This document shows positions 26,281-35,963 of a stretch of 64,000 nucleotides of DNA, in pieces. Numbering within the stretch: the stretch's first letter is position 1; each line of letters begins with the position of its first letter. Origin of the DNA: an uncultured Dehalococcoidales bacterium (GTDB taxonomy: Bacteria; Chloroflexota; Dehalococcoidia; Dehalococcoidales; UBA5760); assembly GCA_964472625.1 (NCBI GenBank), contig CAYYLM010000003.1, positions 33,294-97,293 of the forward strand. Direction: 5' to 3'. A model generated the notes under the pieces. That model was not told the DNA's origin. It was given only the letters and a program-made list of their open reading frames with translations, and made no database searches. Both the position numbers and the translations under genes were made by a program.

Positions 26281-26379
26281 GCAGTGCTGGTTCAACATCA
26301 TATAAATGAAATAGTGATAAGGACCTTATGGACTAAGATGACGGACAATGGCTTGAGCAGTGAAAAGGGCAAAGCCGGC

Positions 26380-27582
26380 ATGATGAGACTGGTCGCAGTG
26401 ATTCTGATCACCGTTCTCTCAGCTTACTTGTTGGCCAGCTGTTCGATGGTCGGTAGGCAGGTCAGGTTTGAGTTGCCGACGGACAATCTCCCACAAGACA
26501 AACCAGCTGATGACTTCAGTTGGGAGGTGGTACTTGGTGATGTGAACGGTGACAGTCAGCTAGATGTCATCTTTGCTGACGATGGTCAGAATAGGCTCTA
26601 TATCAATTACGGCTCTGGAGTGTTTAGCGATGTCACTTCAACGAGCATGCCGCCAGATACCGATTTGACTTGGGGCACAGCGCTGGGGGACATTAACGGT
26701 GATGGTCACCTGGACGTGGTGTTTGCGAATACCGGTCAAAATCGACTGTGTCTAAACGACGGCTCTGGGGTATTCAGGGATGTCACCTTGACCAATCTTC
26801 CGGAGGATAACGACGACAGCCGGGATGTGGCTGTTGGCGATGTAAATGGTGATGGTCATCTGGATATTGTCTTTGCCAGTCGCTTTGGCCCTAATCGGCT
26901 TCTCCTGAACGATGGATCTGGGGTATTCGGTGATGCGCCACCAGCCGACTTCTCCTCGGGTGGTGGCAACACCCGCGGGGTTGCTCTAGGGGATGTCAAC
27001 AATGACGATAACCTGGACATTGTATTTGCTGTCAAGGATGCCCGGAACCGGCTCCTTCTGAACGATGGATCTGGGACATTCAGTGATGTTACTGAAACCA
27101 ACCTTCCTTATGAGTACGATAATAGCCGAGGAATAGCGCTCGGAGATGTCAATAACGATGGTTATCTTGATATCGTCTTTGCTAATCGTCTGTCCAATCA
27201 GGGTCAGAGCAAGATCTATCTCAACGACGGTTACGGAGTGTTTACCGACGTCACCACCACTCACCTGCCTAAAGCCAACCACTGGAGCACTGATGTTGCT
27301 TTAGCGGACCTAGACGGCGATGGTGATCAGGATGTCGTGTTCGCCAACTTTGACGAGCAAAGCGTAATTTACCTTAACAACGGCTTGGGTGTATTTGAAA
27401 ATATTACCTCAACGCAACTTCCGGTTGGTAAGCAGCAGAGCCTTGGCGTTGCTCTCGGGGATGCTGATAGCGATGGTGACCTAGATATCATCTTTGCCAA
27501 CGCCGGTCAGAACAGTTTGTGGAACAATGTGACAGAACACTCGGTCTCTTTCGGCCCTGTCGGCTGCCGGTGCCCTAGCTGA
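26380..27582 (+). CDS. FG-GAP/VCBS repeat beta-propeller lipoprotein
   Basis: Repeated GDVNGDGHLD[IV]VFAN.GQNRL.LNDGSGVF.DVT units. The signal peptide MMRLVAVILITVLSAYLLASCS sets the preferred start at 26380 (track start 26284). Confidence 0.75.
   Translation: MMRLVAVILITVLSAYLLASCSMVGRQVRFELPTDNLPQDKPADDFSWEVVLGDVNGDSQLDVIFADDGQNRLYINYGSGVFSDVTSTSMPPDTDLTWGTALGDINGDGHLDVVFANTGQNRLCLNDGSGVFRDVTLTNLPEDNDDSRDVAVGDVNGDGHLDIVFASRFGPNRLLLNDGSGVFGDAPPADFSSGGGNTRGVALGDVNNDDNLDIVFAVKDARNRLLLNDGSGTFSDVTETNLPYEYDNSRGIALGDVNNDGYLDIVFANRLSNQGQSKIYLNDGYGVFTDVTTTHLPKANHWSTDVALADLDGDGDQDVVFANFDEQSVIYLNNGLGVFENITSTQLPVGKQQSLGVALGDADSDGDLDIIFANAGQNSLWNNVTEHSVSFGPVGCRCPS
26524..27528 (+). repeat. in-frame tandem FG-GAP repeat units (about 7 copies, approximate limits)
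   Basis: Periodic repetition of the [GD][DV]NGDG.LD..FA motif about every 47-50 codons, visible at the protein and partly at the DNA level. Confidence 0.6.
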
Positions 27583-27724
27583 GTTTCCCAGTGCCATTGA
27601 CTCTTACACCATAGCCATACATTCGATCTCGACGAATATCTCGGGCAAGACAAGCCCGGCGACGAGGGTAGTGCAGGGGCAGGTGGGTCTTTGGGGAAAA
27701 AGGCGTGATAGACTTGGTTCGTTG

Positions 27725-29011
27725 TCACAGGGTGCCCCACACTTTCAGTGCCGCCTCAAGCTCGGGGTTTTCCTTAGCTGCCTGCTCTAGCGGGATCCCA
27801 GCCATCACAGCATCAATTGCCTGCCGGAAGGCTTTGCCGCCGGCCCTGGGTCCCATAGGATGACCATGGATGGCGCCTCCGGCTCCGATGATCCAATCGG
27901 CCCCTAGGTCCTGCACCAAGCGTGGTACCGATCCCTGATGTACCCCCCCTCCGGGCATCGGGAAGGTGGCAGATAGGTCATAGAAGGGAGCACGCAGCAT
28001 CTGTGCTAGCTGAAGGTGCCGGTCTTTCAGGAAGGAAAACTTAGCGTAAGGGGAAGGATAAACTATGATATCGGCTCCGGCTAGGCGGGGGAGCTTACCC
28101 AGAACTAGTGATGAGGACATTCCGGAGACCGGCGATTCGTAGAGAACACCGGCGAAGTCGAGATGGGCTAATATCGGCACGTCAATCTCCGGGTCTTCAG
28201 CCAAGCCCTGCAATACTGATATGCCGGCTGTTAGGTAATTGAGCATGAGAGCGTTAGCCCCGGCGTCTATGGCTCTTTTGGCATTATCGCGCACCCTATC
28301 TGCACTATCCGTTATGTTGACGGTGTACAATGTTCTTTCCCCAGTCTCCTCAAAGGTCTGTCTTTCTGCCTCCATATAAAGCTTGACTCTATCCTCCAGC
28401 CGGCTGAATGGAGCGTCAGCCAGTAACTCATCATCCTTTATTATATCCACCCCGCCAGCAGCGGCTTCGCGGAAGAGTTTCGCTCCCACCTCGGGCGGGA
28501 AGCCGGTGCAGGGCTTGATCATATTATTCAGTAGTGGTCTTTCTGGTATGTCCAGTAGCTTCCGAATGCCGGGTATGCCGAATTTGGGTCCTTTGAATTC
28601 GCGGACAAAGGAGCGGGGGAAATGGAGATCCAGGAGCTTCAGGCGACCCATCATGGAGATGTTCCCGATGACGGTACTGAGCAGCATGGGTATCTGGGCA
28701 CCGAAATTGATGTGGGGGAAGGCGATATTGACCACAAAGGTCCGCCTCTCAATTCCCGCCGGCAGCTCAAACTCGTAGTGAGGTATCTCATATATGCCGA
28801 CGACCTTGCCAGCATGCTTCTGCCGCACCGCCGGCGTCTCCTCGGGTACGGGTACCCAGGTCCCGGTACTCTGCTCGATGGCAATGGAAACGGCATAATT
28901 CAGCACGTCTACATCGGGTTCTTGCTCGATTAGGTAGGTAGCAATTACGTGCTCTTCTGGATTGATACCTTCGGGCACATGGTACAAGGTCCAATCGTAC
29001 ATACTCTGCAT
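27725..29011 (-). CDS. RuBisCO large-subunit-like protein (form IV RLP)
   Basis: GGVDIIKDDE (carbamate Lys/metal ligands) and GAGGAIHGHP are conserved. IKPCTG, AHLDFAG and PGGGVH replace carboxylase residues. AAGGAGGA RBS before ATG 29011 (the track start 29059 overlaps the upstream gene). Confidence 0.8.
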   Translation of the reverse strand: MQSMYDWTLYHVPEGINPEEHVIATYLIEQEPDVDVLNYAVSIAIEQSTGTWVPVPEETPAVRQKHAGKVVGIYEIPHYEFELPAGIERRTFVVNIAFPHINFGAQIPMLLSTVIGNISMMGRLKLLDLHFPRSFVREFKGPKFGIPGIRKLLDIPERPLLNNMIKPCTGFPPEVGAKLFREAAAGGVDIIKDDELLADAPFSRLEDRVKLYMEAERQTFEETGERTLYTVNITDSADRVRDNAKRAIDAGANALMLNYLTAGISVLQGLAEDPEIDVPILAHLDFAGVLYESPVSGMSSSLVLGKLPRLAGADIIVYPSPYAKFSFLKDRHLQLAQMLRAPFYDLSATFPMPGGGVHQGSVPRLVQDLGADWIIGAGGAIHGHPMGPRAGGKAFRQAIDAVMAGIPLEQAAKENPELEAALKVWGTL

Positions 29012-29043
29012 TATCGTATATCCTCCTTGTTGATTAAGGCTGG

Positions 29044-29910
29044 CTAAAGCTTCACCCACGCCGGCACGTTAACCGGCATATCCTTGAAATCTTGGCATAC
29101 TTTAACGACGGCGGGCTCCACCGGGGTGCGCTCGATGCTTGATGCCCCGAGATAGCCGACGGCTTCGGTAGCCGCCAGTACAGGGGCCGTGCTCTTGGGG
29201 TCAGCCATGATGCCACCGTGAGTGATCGCTAGGAAGTCCTTCTGCGGTCGAACCTGCTTGGCGGCATCGATCAGCTCCTTAGTCACGCGGATGCTTTCGT
29301 TGGTGCTCATGACGGTTTCCGCACCAATCAGTCCACCCGCGGTCAGTCCGACGTGACAGGCTACCATGTCGACACCAGCCTTAGCCACTGTCTGAGCTTC
29401 TTGTGGAGTGAAGCAATAGCCGATGGTGAAGTAACCCAGTTCGTGAGCGAGTTCTAGTACCTTGGCTTCCTTATCAAAGCCCAAGCCCGATTCTTCCAGG
29501 TTCTTCCGGTACTTGGCGTCAGCGTCAATTAGGCCGACCGTGGGAAAGTTCATGAAACCCGAGACGCCAATATCCGCTAGTTGCCGGAACCACTGCTCCC
29601 AGACGGTTCTCGGGTCTTGGGCACAGAACCCGGCGATTACTGGTACCTCATTTACCTGAGCGGCTATTTCAGGGGCGTAATCCATAACCATTTCATTGTT
29701 CTGTCCTACCGGCATCAGCCCGCATAGTGAGCCAGCCCCGAAGTGCCGGAACCGGCCAGAGTTGTAAATACCAATAATATCCACCCCACCCCTTTCCTCC
29801 AGCTTGGCGGTGAAGCCGTCGCCAGCCCCGGCGACAATGATGGGCTTTCCCTCCTTCAATGTCTTCTTAAGCCGGCTTACGAGTTCCTCAGGGGTGTACC
29901 TCTTGGTCAT
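29044..29910 (-). CDS. phosphoenolpyruvate-hydrolase-like TIM-barrel protein (TIM-br_sig_trns family)
   Basis: KPIIVAGAGDGFTAKLEERGGVDIIGIYNSGRFRHFGAGSLCGLMPVGQNNEMV matches the family hallmark region. AGGAGGAAAGAA precedes ATG 29910. Confidence 0.75.
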   Translation of the reverse strand: MTKRYTPEELVSRLKKTLKEGKPIIVAGAGDGFTAKLEERGGVDIIGIYNSGRFRHFGAGSLCGLMPVGQNNEMVMDYAPEIAAQVNEVPVIAGFCAQDPRTVWEQWFRQLADIGVSGFMNFPTVGLIDADAKYRKNLEESGLGFDKEAKVLELAHELGYFTIGYCFTPQEAQTVAKAGVDMVACHVGLTAGGLIGAETVMSTNESIRVTKELIDAAKQVRPQKDFLAITHGGIMADPKSTAPVLAATEAVGYLGASSIERTPVEPAVVKVCQDFKDMPVNVPAWVKL

Positions 29911-29953
29911 TTCTTTCCTCCTAATTATAAATACTGTGCCTGGCAAGTTTATC

Positions 29954-31300
29954 CTAGAACGGAATGAACTCAGCTATATTATAATGGCTGCCCTTCTTCC
30001 AGGTGCCGGATAGCATCTCATCCAGTAGCTTTGCCATCAGGTCAGCAAACTCTGGCTCGTTCATATGCTGGTCTACCAGCAGCACATCCAGATTGGGCTT
30101 ATCCCGGTCAACCACTTGGCGCAAAGCGTCAACAAAACGTTCGGCACGCAGCGACCATTCAGGCTTCTCAGGATCGGAAACCCAGCAGGGAGCTGGTGAC
30201 TCCTCGGCCCAACCCAAATCCGGATTGGGACCGGCGGTGTCGTAGGCTCCCCATCCGCGCATCGGTACGCATAAAGCAGTCGGGCCAGTCGCTTGGTTGA
30301 GCTTATCAGCAATGTGCTTACCGATCATAAAGGCTTCGTCGAGTGAAGTACCGACGATGGTAACCGTTGGATTGTGGACATGAACCACCCGTCCCGGGAT
30401 GTCGAGTTCTCCTTTATATTTCTGCGGTACTGTCGCCGCGGGACCGAAATTTATCATATCCAGGCCTCCGGTGGAGACTACCTGGGGAATACCCGTGCGA
30501 CCGGCTGCCGTCAGGCGGTCAGGGCCAGCACTCAGGACACCACCAAGCAATAGGTCAGCGATTTCGTGGGTAGTGATGTCCAACATGCCGACAATATAGC
30601 CATCTAGGATCAACTCTTCCATTGAGCGACCTCCAGTGCCTACCGCGTGGTTAATCATCACGTCGTACCTTCCCCCGTCCTCAAAGTACTTGGAGGCCCG
30701 CAGCACGCAGGGTGTAGTTACCCCGAACATCGTGCAGCCGATAAGTGACTTCTCCTCCGCGACTCTTGGCTCAGGGACGGTAGCCATGCCCACGATGGCA
30801 CCAGCCGCATTGTTCAAGATTTTGCGCGTTACCACATTGAGCCCACCTTCGGCGATGGGGTAGAGCATACCAATATCCTTGGTGCCAACATAGGGGCGAA
30901 CATCACCCGAAGCCATGGTTGAAAGCACCAATTTAGGCATGCCCACGGGCAGCTTCTGCATAGCCTGCGTTGCCATACTCGTGCCCATCGAGCCGCCCAT
31001 GGCAATTATGCCGTCTAGCCTGCCGTGCTCCAGTAACTCAATGAGAACCCTGATGGCACCCTCAACGATGACCTCCGACGCCTTAGCCCGCTCCAGGGCA
31101 AAGATTTCGCCGGTGGCGCGTCCAACCTTGGCGACTACCTCACTGAGGCTGATATCAGCCCAGCCTACCTCTTTACCCACACTCATTTCCAGAATAATAG
31201 GGTTACCGCCAGCAGCACGCACTCGTTCAGCTAGGAAACGAATCTCAGTGCCCTTAGTATCTAAGATGCCGGCGACTACAATATTGGGTTTCTTCGTCAT
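29954..31300 (-). CDS. UPF0261 / Tm-1-like ATP-binding domain protein
   Basis: N-terminus IVVAGILDTKGTEIRFLAERV and a length of about 450 aa are typical of UPF0261. Confidence 0.75.
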   Translation of the reverse strand: MTKKPNIVVAGILDTKGTEIRFLAERVRAAGGNPIILEMSVGKEVGWADISLSEVVAKVGRATGEIFALERAKASEVIVEGAIRVLIELLEHGRLDGIIAMGGSMGTSMATQAMQKLPVGMPKLVLSTMASGDVRPYVGTKDIGMLYPIAEGGLNVVTRKILNNAAGAIVGMATVPEPRVAEEKSLIGCTMFGVTTPCVLRASKYFEDGGRYDVMINHAVGTGGRSMEELILDGYIVGMLDITTHEIADLLLGGVLSAGPDRLTAAGRTGIPQVVSTGGLDMINFGPAATVPQKYKGELDIPGRVVHVHNPTVTIVGTSLDEAFMIGKHIADKLNQATGPTALCVPMRGWGAYDTAGPNPDLGWAEESPAPCWVSDPEKPEWSLRAERFVDALRQVVDRDKPNLDVLLVDQHMNEPEFADLMAKLLDEMLSGTWKKGSHYNIAEFIPF

Positions 31301-31386
31301 TTCACTTACCTAGAACTGATTGTTGTCGGCTTAGTCTTAAGCCCTTTTCAACACCCTCGTAGCTTCGCGTAGTCGTCTTTGTCACT

Positions 31387-31415
31387 ATGATAAAATGGGT
31401 GCGGTCTGATGTCAA
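31387..31415 (-). promoter_or_regulatory. near-consensus sigma70 promoter for the UPF0261/TIM/RLP operon
   Basis: Minus strand: TTGACA (31415..31410), 17-nt spacer, TATCAT (31392..31387), about 87 nt upstream of ATG 31300. The leader contains the hairpin GGCTTA-AGAC-TAAGCC. Confidence 0.45.
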
Positions 31416-31757
31416 TATGGTCTCACACGCCACTCACGAAAAGGTTGGACAATAGGGCGCCTTGTTCGTAGCGGGTGTTACTCTCTAAACTTAGCTTAGG
31501 CGATTGACCAAAGAACTTGTGGTAGATTCTAAGATATTTGAAAGAGGGGATACGAAAGGCAGGCATGGATGGTGGGCTTATCTTCGTGTCCAGTAATTCG
31601 ATACAATGAGCCAATTGTGCATTACTTATGTGCTGTGAGAAACTGTAAGAACTCAGGTGTCGTGTTAGAAAAAATCCCAATTGTTTGCTTGCTTGGGCTG
31701 GAACAAGAGAAGTCTGTTTGCTTAAAGCCTTTTTCCGAACGGATCGCTTCAGTGCAT

Positions 31758-33407
31758 CTAGGGCCCTAATCTCGATAGCTCCACGGGCCTACTCTCCAAG
31801 GCCATTGTGTCGTCTTTCTTGCTAAGGACGATGTTGCTTAGCCACTGAGCATTATTTTCCTCGTCATAGTCACTACGGTAATGTGCGCCCCGGCTCTCCG
31901 TACGCAGCAAAGCCGAACGGATGACCATCTCGGACACCGTGACCATGTTAGTCAGTTTGATAGCATCTATTAATTGTCTAGGTCCCGTGATACGTGCTTC
32001 GCCTAGTCCGGAGCGTATCTGTTGCAAGTCAACAAGGGCCTCTCTTAGGCCACCATCGCTCCTGATAATACCAGCCTTGAACCACATAGTTCTTTTGATC
32101 TGAAGTAGCAAGTCGTCCAAGGGACATTTCCCGTCTTGGGAGAGCAGTGATCGTATCCTTTGAAGCTCAGGCTCAATCTGCTTCAGGTCTATTCTAGCTC
32201 GTGGAGTTTTCGACGCCCTAGATGCTGCCGATAGCCCGGCCTTCTTGCCGAAGACGAAGATTTCGGTAAGTGAATTACCTCCCAAGCGGTTGGCACCATG
32301 CACACCACTGCACACCTCACCTGCCGCGAAGAGTCCAGGTAACGAAGTGCTGCAGCCTTCATCTATCTTGATGCCGCCCATTTGGAAGTGAGCGACCGGG
32401 GTCACTAAGAGTGTCGCTTTGGCATCAGCCGTAACTCGAGTGGGCAGAAGGGCTTGTACCTGACGCATGGCCTTCTCTGGCACATCGGATAGATCTAGTG
32501 CTAATGCACCCTGGATATCTCGACCTTCAATCAACTCAGTCATCATAGCTTGCGCTAGTTTATCCCGGGTCATACGCGCCGTGTCTCGAAGTCCGTATTT
32601 CTCCAGAAGATCGGCACCTAGAGAATTTCTAATGGTGCCACCTACCCGGCCCACTATGAATTCGTATAGGATAACCTGGCTTATGGCTCCTACTGCAGTG
32701 CCCGTGGGATAGAATTGAACCATCTCCATATCCTGAAGTGGGACCCCAGCATCATAGGCCAAGGCATAGCCGTCCCCGGTTGTTCCCTTGGCGGTGCTTG
32801 TCCTCGAGTAGAGTTGCCCCAGTCCCCCTAACGCCAGTATTACGGCCTTAGCGTTGATGACGAAAACACTCCCCTTTCCATCAATTCCGATAGCACCCTG
32901 GACTCTTTCCTCACCAATTAGTCTAGTTATGAGTATCCCCTCCGCAAATTCTATCCCCGAGGCTATAGCCGCCGCCCGGAGCGGAAGCGTAAAACCCAGC
33001 CCATTTTTCACTGTCGCAACACAGCGGGGATAACTATGGCCCGGGACAGAACTTACGATAAGCTCACCACCTTTTTTGCTAAAGGCGATTCCTAACTCCT
33101 GTAGTTCAAGTACCTGGTGTGCTGAACCCTCCGCAAGGAGCTGGACTAACCTCTGATCATTAATGAACCGCCCGGCCGATATGGCGTCTTTAAAGTATGA
33201 CTCTGGGCTGTCCTCTGGCTTGATCACTACGCACATTTTGCCCGCGGCGATGGCGGTATTGTTGCCATAACCAGCCTGGGATTGGGAGAGCAAGACTACC
33301 TTTGCACCATGTTTTGCAGCCGCGATTGCAGCCCTCAGTCCGGCTCCCCCGCCGCCAATCACTAAGACATCAGTATCAATTTGAGTTGGCATTGACAAGT
33401 CCATCAT
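31758..33407 (-). CDS. FAD-dependent oxidoreductase of the SdhA/FrdA/NadB flavoprotein family
   Basis: DVLVIGGGGAGLRAA dinucleotide fold, HFQMGGIKID, GLFAAGEV..GVHGANRLGGNSL, RTESRGAHYRSDY. It lacks the SdhA covalent-FAD His context, and the NadB versus other assignment cannot be resolved by eye. Confidence 0.75.
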   Translation of the reverse strand: MMDLSMPTQIDTDVLVIGGGGAGLRAAIAAAKHGAKVVLLSQSQAGYGNNTAIAAGKMCVVIKPEDSPESYFKDAISAGRFINDQRLVQLLAEGSAHQVLELQELGIAFSKKGGELIVSSVPGHSYPRCVATVKNGLGFTLPLRAAAIASGIEFAEGILITRLIGEERVQGAIGIDGKGSVFVINAKAVILALGGLGQLYSRTSTAKGTTGDGYALAYDAGVPLQDMEMVQFYPTGTAVGAISQVILYEFIVGRVGGTIRNSLGADLLEKYGLRDTARMTRDKLAQAMMTELIEGRDIQGALALDLSDVPEKAMRQVQALLPTRVTADAKATLLVTPVAHFQMGGIKIDEGCSTSLPGLFAAGEVCSGVHGANRLGGNSLTEIFVFGKKAGLSAASRASKTPRARIDLKQIEPELQRIRSLLSQDGKCPLDDLLLQIKRTMWFKAGIIRSDGGLREALVDLQQIRSGLGEARITGPRQLIDAIKLTNMVTVSEMVIRSALLRTESRGAHYRSDYDEENNAQWLSNIVLSKKDDTMALESRPVELSRLGP

Positions 33408-33534
33408 TTACCCCCTGAATACTGACTGTCTAAAAGATAAATGAATTTGGACTTCCAGTCAAGCATAGCGAAATCATGCCTGATTGGTAATCACCCAAGG
33501 GAGTCAATTTAGTGGTCAACTGAGCTACCGCAAC

Positions 33535-34281
33535 TCACCTTAGGACGGCTTCAGGCATAACAACCGCATTCGTCAGGCGTTGCCCCAGCGCCTGCCACTG
33601 GAACTTCTTATGAAACCTTTCCAGGATATCGATGGTCTTCTTACCCAGCAGTCCCAGGAAGATGGCATTGGCTACGGCATGGGCGGTATCAAACCAGAGG
33701 CTATTAAGCTGAGATATAATGAAGGTCCTCGGTGTCAGGGGATAGATGAAGGCTGTCCAGAACCAGGTATTGACGATGAGGCCAAAGAGGTAACCCCAGA
33801 GGATGCCGAAAGCTGCCAGCCTTTTTCGGTCGGGATTAAGCCGTTTTAACAAATAACCGGCACTGACTCCAGCCATCCCCCAGGCAAACATCTGGTAGAT
33901 GGTCCACGGGCCCTGCCCGAGAAAGAAGTTGGAGATAAGGGCTGTTATCGCCCCCACCATGAATCCAGCCAGTGGGCCGAAGACATAACCCGAGCATATT
34001 ATCAGGTAGGTGCACGGCTGGACACTGGGTATGGCGGCAAAGGGAATTCTAACTACTGCGGAAACGGTGCTCAATATGCCGATGATAGCTATTTCCTTGG
34101 AGCCGATAGCGCTTCCCTCAAATTCAAAGAAGAAGGCGACAATGGTCAAACTGACCAGGATAACCGACATAAGCCCCCAGTTCTGCAAGATGTCAAGCGG
34201 TGAGGGACTAAATATCGGCGCCGTAAAAGCGGCGGCACCCAGTCCGATAATTACTAACAGAAAGATATATCTTGGTTTCAT
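33535..34281 (-). CDS. polytopic membrane protein, putative ECF substrate-capture (S) component
   Basis: 6-7 TM helices, last gene of the ECF operon, ATGA overlap with the ecfA stop. Confidence 0.55.
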   Translation of the reverse strand: MKPRYIFLLVIIGLGAAAFTAPIFSPSPLDILQNWGLMSVILVSLTIVAFFFEFEGSAIGSKEIAIIGILSTVSAVVRIPFAAIPSVQPCTYLIICSGYVFGPLAGFMVGAITALISNFFLGQGPWTIYQMFAWGMAGVSAGYLLKRLNPDRKRLAAFGILWGYLFGLIVNTWFWTAFIYPLTPRTFIISQLNSLWFDTAHAVANAIFLGLLGKKTIDILERFHKKFQWQALGQRLTNAVVMPEAVLR

Positions 34282-35963
34282 GACAGAATATCCAGGGCTT
34301 CGCTAACGGTCAGTATTTTGTTGGAGACCCCATAGCGTTCGAATGATTGTGCCAGGCGGTTTATCTGCGGTGAAAAAAGGAGGGCTTGAGACAGAGCCTG
34401 GTGTTTTTCACCATCGATGATAACCTTTCCCTCGCTCAGGAGGATAACTCGGTCAGCATATTCGGCTACTATCTCGACATCGTGGGTTACTAAAATCACA
34501 GTGTTACCCTCGGTGCGGTATTCATTCAAGAACCGCATCAGTTCGCTTTTCAGGCGATAATCCATGCCCCTGGTTGGTTCATCAAGAATCAAGACCTTGG
34601 GTTTTGTCGCCAGGACTGAAGCCAGTGCCACCCGCTGCTTTTCGCCACCACTCAAGGAACGAGGGTAGTGGTTCTTGTATTCATTAAGCTGAAATCTCTC
34701 CAGCATCTCAGCGGTGCGTGGTTCTATCTCTTCGCGGCTAAAGCCCAAATTCTTCAGGGTGAAGGCAATCTCATCAGAGACGGTATCGGCGAAGAGGTGG
34801 TCGTTGGGGTTTTGAAAAACAAAGCCCACCTTTCGCGCCAGTTCCGCAATCGTCGCTTCTCTGGTATCAATGCCGCTAACCCTAATTCTGCCCTTAGTCG
34901 GTACCAGGAGGCGGTTAAAGTGCTTTGCCAGCGTTGTTTTACCCGAGGCGTTTCGCCCCATAATGGTGATGAACTCCGCCTCGCCTATCTTAAGATTTAT
35001 GTTTCTCAGGGCGAGGAGTCCATTAGGGTAGGTATAGCCGAGCCTCTCGACACTAACTAGGGGGTTGGTGATTTCCCGCCCGTTACCCCCGCTAGTATCT
35101 TGAATCGGCGTAGTATTCTCAAAGACCTTCCTGATGATAGCCCGCCCCTCCTTAACGGTCAGGGGCACCCGGTCTATTTTGACGCCTCTATCGCGTAATT
35201 CCTGAACCAGACGAATCATGGGGGGGACACCGATGCCAATTCGGGAAAGCTCGGGGTAGCAATTGGTCATGACGTCTCTAACCTCACCATCAATAGCCAC
35301 CATCCCATCATTTAAGACTATCAATCGGTCGGCATACTGAAGTACCCTGTCGAGACGGTGCTCAATCAGTATCACGGTAAGACCGAGTTCGTCGTTCAGC
35401 CGGGTTATTATCGACAGCACCTCTTCAGCCCCCTTGGGATCAAGCTCTGAAGTCGGCTCGTCCAGTATTAGGATGTCGGGGTGGAGTGCCAGCACCGAGG
35501 CAATGGCAACCTTCTGTTTTTCCCCACCGGAGAGCTCACTGAGCTGCCGATAACGTAGGTTAGCGATGCCAAGTGTATCCAGTGATTCCTCCACCCGTTT
35601 GGCGATAAGATCTCGGGGGAAGGCGAGGTTCTCCAGCCCAAAGGCAATCTCCCGCTCGACATCCAGGCTCACCAGCTGATTTTCCGGGTCCTGAAACACG
35701 AAGCCGACTCTGGTAGCTAGCTCCTTAGTGGAGTGTTTGAGGGTATCCAGGCCACTAACCAGCACTCGACCATAAATCTTACCGCCGTAAAAGTGGGGTA
35801 TCAGACCATTAAGGCAGCGGCCAAGACTGGACTTACCGCCTCCGGAGGGCCCCGCCACCAGAACAAACTCTCCCTCCCCGATTTCCAGGCTAATGTCCCT
35901 GAGGGCGGGGTGAGTAGTATCGCTATAGTAAAAAGTCAAACCTTCTATTCTAATCAAGGTCAA
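34278..35963 (-). CDS. fused energy-coupling factor ATPase (EcfA-EcfA', two ABC domains)
   Basis: Two Walker A sites (GPSGGGKSS, GRNASGKTT), two LSGGEKQ[KR]VA signatures, two ILDEPT Walker B motifs. Confidence 0.85.
   Translation of the reverse strand: MTLIRIEGLTFYYSDTTHPALRDISLEIGEGEFVLVAGPSGGGKSSLGRCLNGLIPHFYGGKIYGRVLVSGLDTLKHSTKELATRVGFVFQDPENQLVSLDVEREIAFGLENLAFPRDLIAKRVEESLDTLGIANLRYRQLSELSGGEKQKVAIASVLALHPDILILDEPTSELDPKGAEEVLSIITRLNDELGLTVILIEHRLDRVLQYADRLIVLNDGMVAIDGEVRDVMTNCYPELSRIGIGVPPMIRLVQELRDRGVKIDRVPLTVKEGRAIIRKVFENTTPIQDTSGGNGREITNPLVSVERLGYTYPNGLLALRNINLKIGEAEFITIMGRNASGKTTLAKHFNRLLVPTKGRIRVSGIDTREATIAELARKVGFVFQNPNDHLFADTVSDEIAFTLKNLGFSREEIEPRTAEMLERFQLNEYKNHYPRSLSGGEKQRVALASVLATKPKVLILDEPTRGMDYRLKSELMRFLNEYRTEGNTVILVTHDVEIVAEYADRVILLSEGKVIIDGEKHQALSQALLFSPQINRLAQSFERYGVSNKILTVSEALDILS

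Noticed and set aside
26524-27528. Periodic DNA repeats (also 44021..44963) considered as CRISPR-like or satellite arrays
   Set aside because: The repeats are in frame, lack unique spacers of constant length, and translate into FG-GAP and PD40 propeller blades.
27725-29011. Bona fide CO2-fixing RuBisCO (form I-III)
   Set aside because: Several substrate-binding/catalytic positions are substituted (IKPCTG, HLDFAG, PGGGVH). There is no small-subunit gene, no PRK and no carboxysome genes nearby.
31423-31680. 85-aa minus-strand ORF (and 31569..31769 plus-strand ORF) in the spacer upstream of the RLP operon
   Set aside because: There is no RBS and no family resemblance, the composition is atypical, and the two ORFs overlap each other. 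The region is more likely regulatory or non-coding.
31758-33407. Calling the flavoprotein nadB (L-aspartate oxidase) because nadA is in the window
   Set aside because: nadA is 31 kb away, and the NadB-type FAD-site motif around the N-terminal T.AQGG region is divergent (NNTAIAAGKM). Only a family-level assignment is justified.
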